From assembly GCA_026417115.1 (NCBI GenBank), contig JAOADW010000008.1, positions 31,227-95,226 on the forward strand: a stretch of 64,000 bases of DNA. Direction: 5' to 3'. The translations under genes were made by a program, and so were the position numbers. Origin of the DNA: Rhodocyclaceae bacterium (GTDB lineage: Bacteria; Pseudomonadota; Gammaproteobacteria; Burkholderiales; Rhodocyclaceae). Numbering within the stretch: position 1 is the stretch's first letter; each line of letters starts with the position of its first letter. The notes under the pieces were generated by a model. The model made no database searches. It saw only the letters and a program-made list of their open reading frames with translations, and was not told where the DNA came from. This document shows positions 62,521-64,000 of this stretch, one piece after another.

Positions 62521-63617
62521 CCATGCCAGACCTCTTCACCCCTCTAAAAATCGGACGCTTGACCTTGCCTAACCGCATCGTCATGGCGCCCATGACGCGC
62601 AATCGCGCCCCCGAAACCATCGCCAACGCCCTGATGGCCGAATACTACGCACAACGGGCGAGCGCAGGCCTGATCATTTCGGAAGGCAGCCAGATTTCTC
62701 CGACGGCCGTGGGTTACCCCGCCACACCGGGCATCCATTCGCCTGAACAAATCGCTGGCTGGCGACTCGTGACCGATGCCGTGCATGCAAAAGGGGGGCG
62801 GATCTTCCTGCAGCTCTGGCATTGTGGCCGCATTTCACACCCTGATTTGATTGCTGGCGCACAGCCCGTTTCCTCTTCGGCGGTCAAACCGCAGACCAAA
62901 GTCATTACCTGGCAAGGCCCAAAGGATGCGGTGACTCCCCATGCTCTGAGCCGGGAGGAAATCGCCACGATCGTCGCAGACTATGCCCAGGCAGCCAAAA
63001 ATGCGCTCGCCGCCGGCTTCGATGGCGTGGAAATCCATGCAGCGAATGGTTATTTGATCGACCAATTCCTCCGCGATGGCGTCAATCGGCGCAACGATGA
63101 ATATGGCGGCTCCGTGGCCAATCGCTGTCGCTTTCTCTTGCAGGTTACCCAGGCCGTCGTCGATGCCGTTGGCGCCGATCGAGTCGGCGTCCGGCTCTCT
63201 CCGTGGCAACCATTCAACGACATGGCCGATTCCAATCCCCAGGCGCTTTTCTGCCATGCCGTCGAGGCGCTCAACCCATTTGGTCTTGCTTACCTGCACA
63301 TCACCGAGATGGGCCGGGAAAACCCGGGCGCTGCAGGCCCAGATTTCGATCCGATGGAGTTCCGCCGGCGCTGGAAGGGCCTATTGATCACCAACGCGGG
63401 TTACGCCAAAGCGCGCGCCCAGGCTGCCTTGGCGTCAGGCCTTGCGGATGCCATCGCCTTCGGCGTCCCCTTCATCGCCAACCCCGATCTCGTCGAGCGT
63501 TTCCGGGGCAATCACCCTCTCAATGCAGCCGATCCCCGTACCTTCTATACCGGTGGGGCACGAGGTTACCTCGACTATCCCACCTTGAATCACGGCGAAG
63601 ATCGGGCCGATCGTTAG
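62517..63617 (+). CDS. Old yellow enzyme alkene reductase (NemA-like)
   Basis: MAPMTR, YYAQRA, EIHAANGYL, FYTGG..GY.DYP. Confidence 0.92.
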   Translation: MTMPDLFTPLKIGRLTLPNRIVMAPMTRNRAPETIANALMAEYYAQRASAGLIISEGSQISPTAVGYPATPGIHSPEQIAGWRLVTDAVHAKGGRIFLQLWHCGRISHPDLIAGAQPVSSSAVKPQTKVITWQGPKDAVTPHALSREEIATIVADYAQAAKNALAAGFDGVEIHAANGYLIDQFLRDGVNRRNDEYGGSVANRCRFLLQVTQAVVDAVGADRVGVRLSPWQPFNDMADSNPQALFCHAVEALNPFGLAYLHITEMGRENPGAAGPDFDPMEFRRRWKGLLITNAGYAKARAQAALASGLADAIAFGVPFIANPDLVERFRGNHPLNAADPRTFYTGGARGYLDYPTLNHGEDRADR

Positions 63618-63641
63618 CGTAAGCTTCAAGCGCGGCACTGG

Positions 63642-64000
63642 CTAAAACAAAAAGCGACGCAGGCTTTGCGCGACAAGGCCGAGCCATTCATGCGCCGTCA
63701 GCGCCGCCCAAAAAGCGGCCGAAGCGCTCGGTAACCAATCATGCAGGGCGCTCTCGGCGCCACCGCGGCTGAAGTAGCCCGTCGGCGCTGGCATCACCTC
63801 GAAGCCGACAGCCTCAAACTCATTGACGGCGCGGCGCATATGGACGGCATGGGTCACCAAGACGATGCGGCGAATACCCAGCGGCATGAGGATGGCGGCG
63901 CTATTTTTTGCGTTATCCCTCGTGTCTAGCGCCTGATCCTCGATCCACTGGGGCCTGAGGCCAAAATCTTCCTGCAACGCTGCCGCCATCGTTTGCGCCT
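63642..64000 (-). CDS. YdcF/DUF218 family protein, 3' part
   Basis: EDQALDTRDNA, LVTHAVHMRRA, HEWLG; runs off the window edge. Confidence 0.85.
   Translation of the reverse strand, partial: AQTMAAALQEDFGLRPQWIEDQALDTRDNAKNSAAILMPLGIRRIVLVTHAVHMRRAVNEFEAVGFEVMPAPTGYFSRGGAESALHDWLPSASAAFWAALTAHEWLGLVAQSLRRFLF

Noticed and set aside
40556-63640. Integrated genomic island at tRNA-Ser
   Set aside because: No integrase, no duplicated tRNA 3' end seen at the far boundary, and no obvious compositional shift in the coding DNA

Overview
GC-rich betaproteobacterial chromosome segment (gene content and order suggest Rhodocyclales/Sterolibacteriaceae; this is inference). From left to right: (1) 1-18.8 kb is a nitrogen-fixation region with fdx, nifT, nifKDH, draT, a SIR2-like gene, draG, a Shethna FeSII-like ferredoxin, two more ferredoxins, nifB, nifA, nifL and rnfABCDGEH. 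Sigma54 promoters, NifA UAS and IHF sites are readable in the sequence. (2) 19-40 kb is housekeeping: mfd, DAHP synthase, DUF1015, tpx, TatD, the isc operon with two desulfurases, cysE, trmJ, suhB, tRNA-Gly, tRNA-Cys, an M20 amidohydrolase, nnr, a DMT transporter and nadC. (3) tRNA-Ser(GGA) is preceded by two 138-bp tandem repeats, each a tRNA 5' half with a 71-nt double-hairpin insert at the anticodon. (4) 40.6-63.6 kb is an aromatic-catabolism region. It holds a paa (phenylacetate) cluster with no paaABCDE in this window; in its place, behind a PaaX-type operator, is an uncharacterised ferritin-like diiron protein plus a 2Fe-2S/FAD reductase, a candidate new two-component phenylacetyl-CoA epoxidase. 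The region also has a LIV-type ABC transporter whose second ATPase is fused to a hemerythrin domain, and a hydroxyphenylacetate/homogentisate-type pathway with a VOC enzyme instead of HmgA. No CRISPR array, integrase or transposase was seen. All calls come from motif and family recognition by eye; no database search was run.
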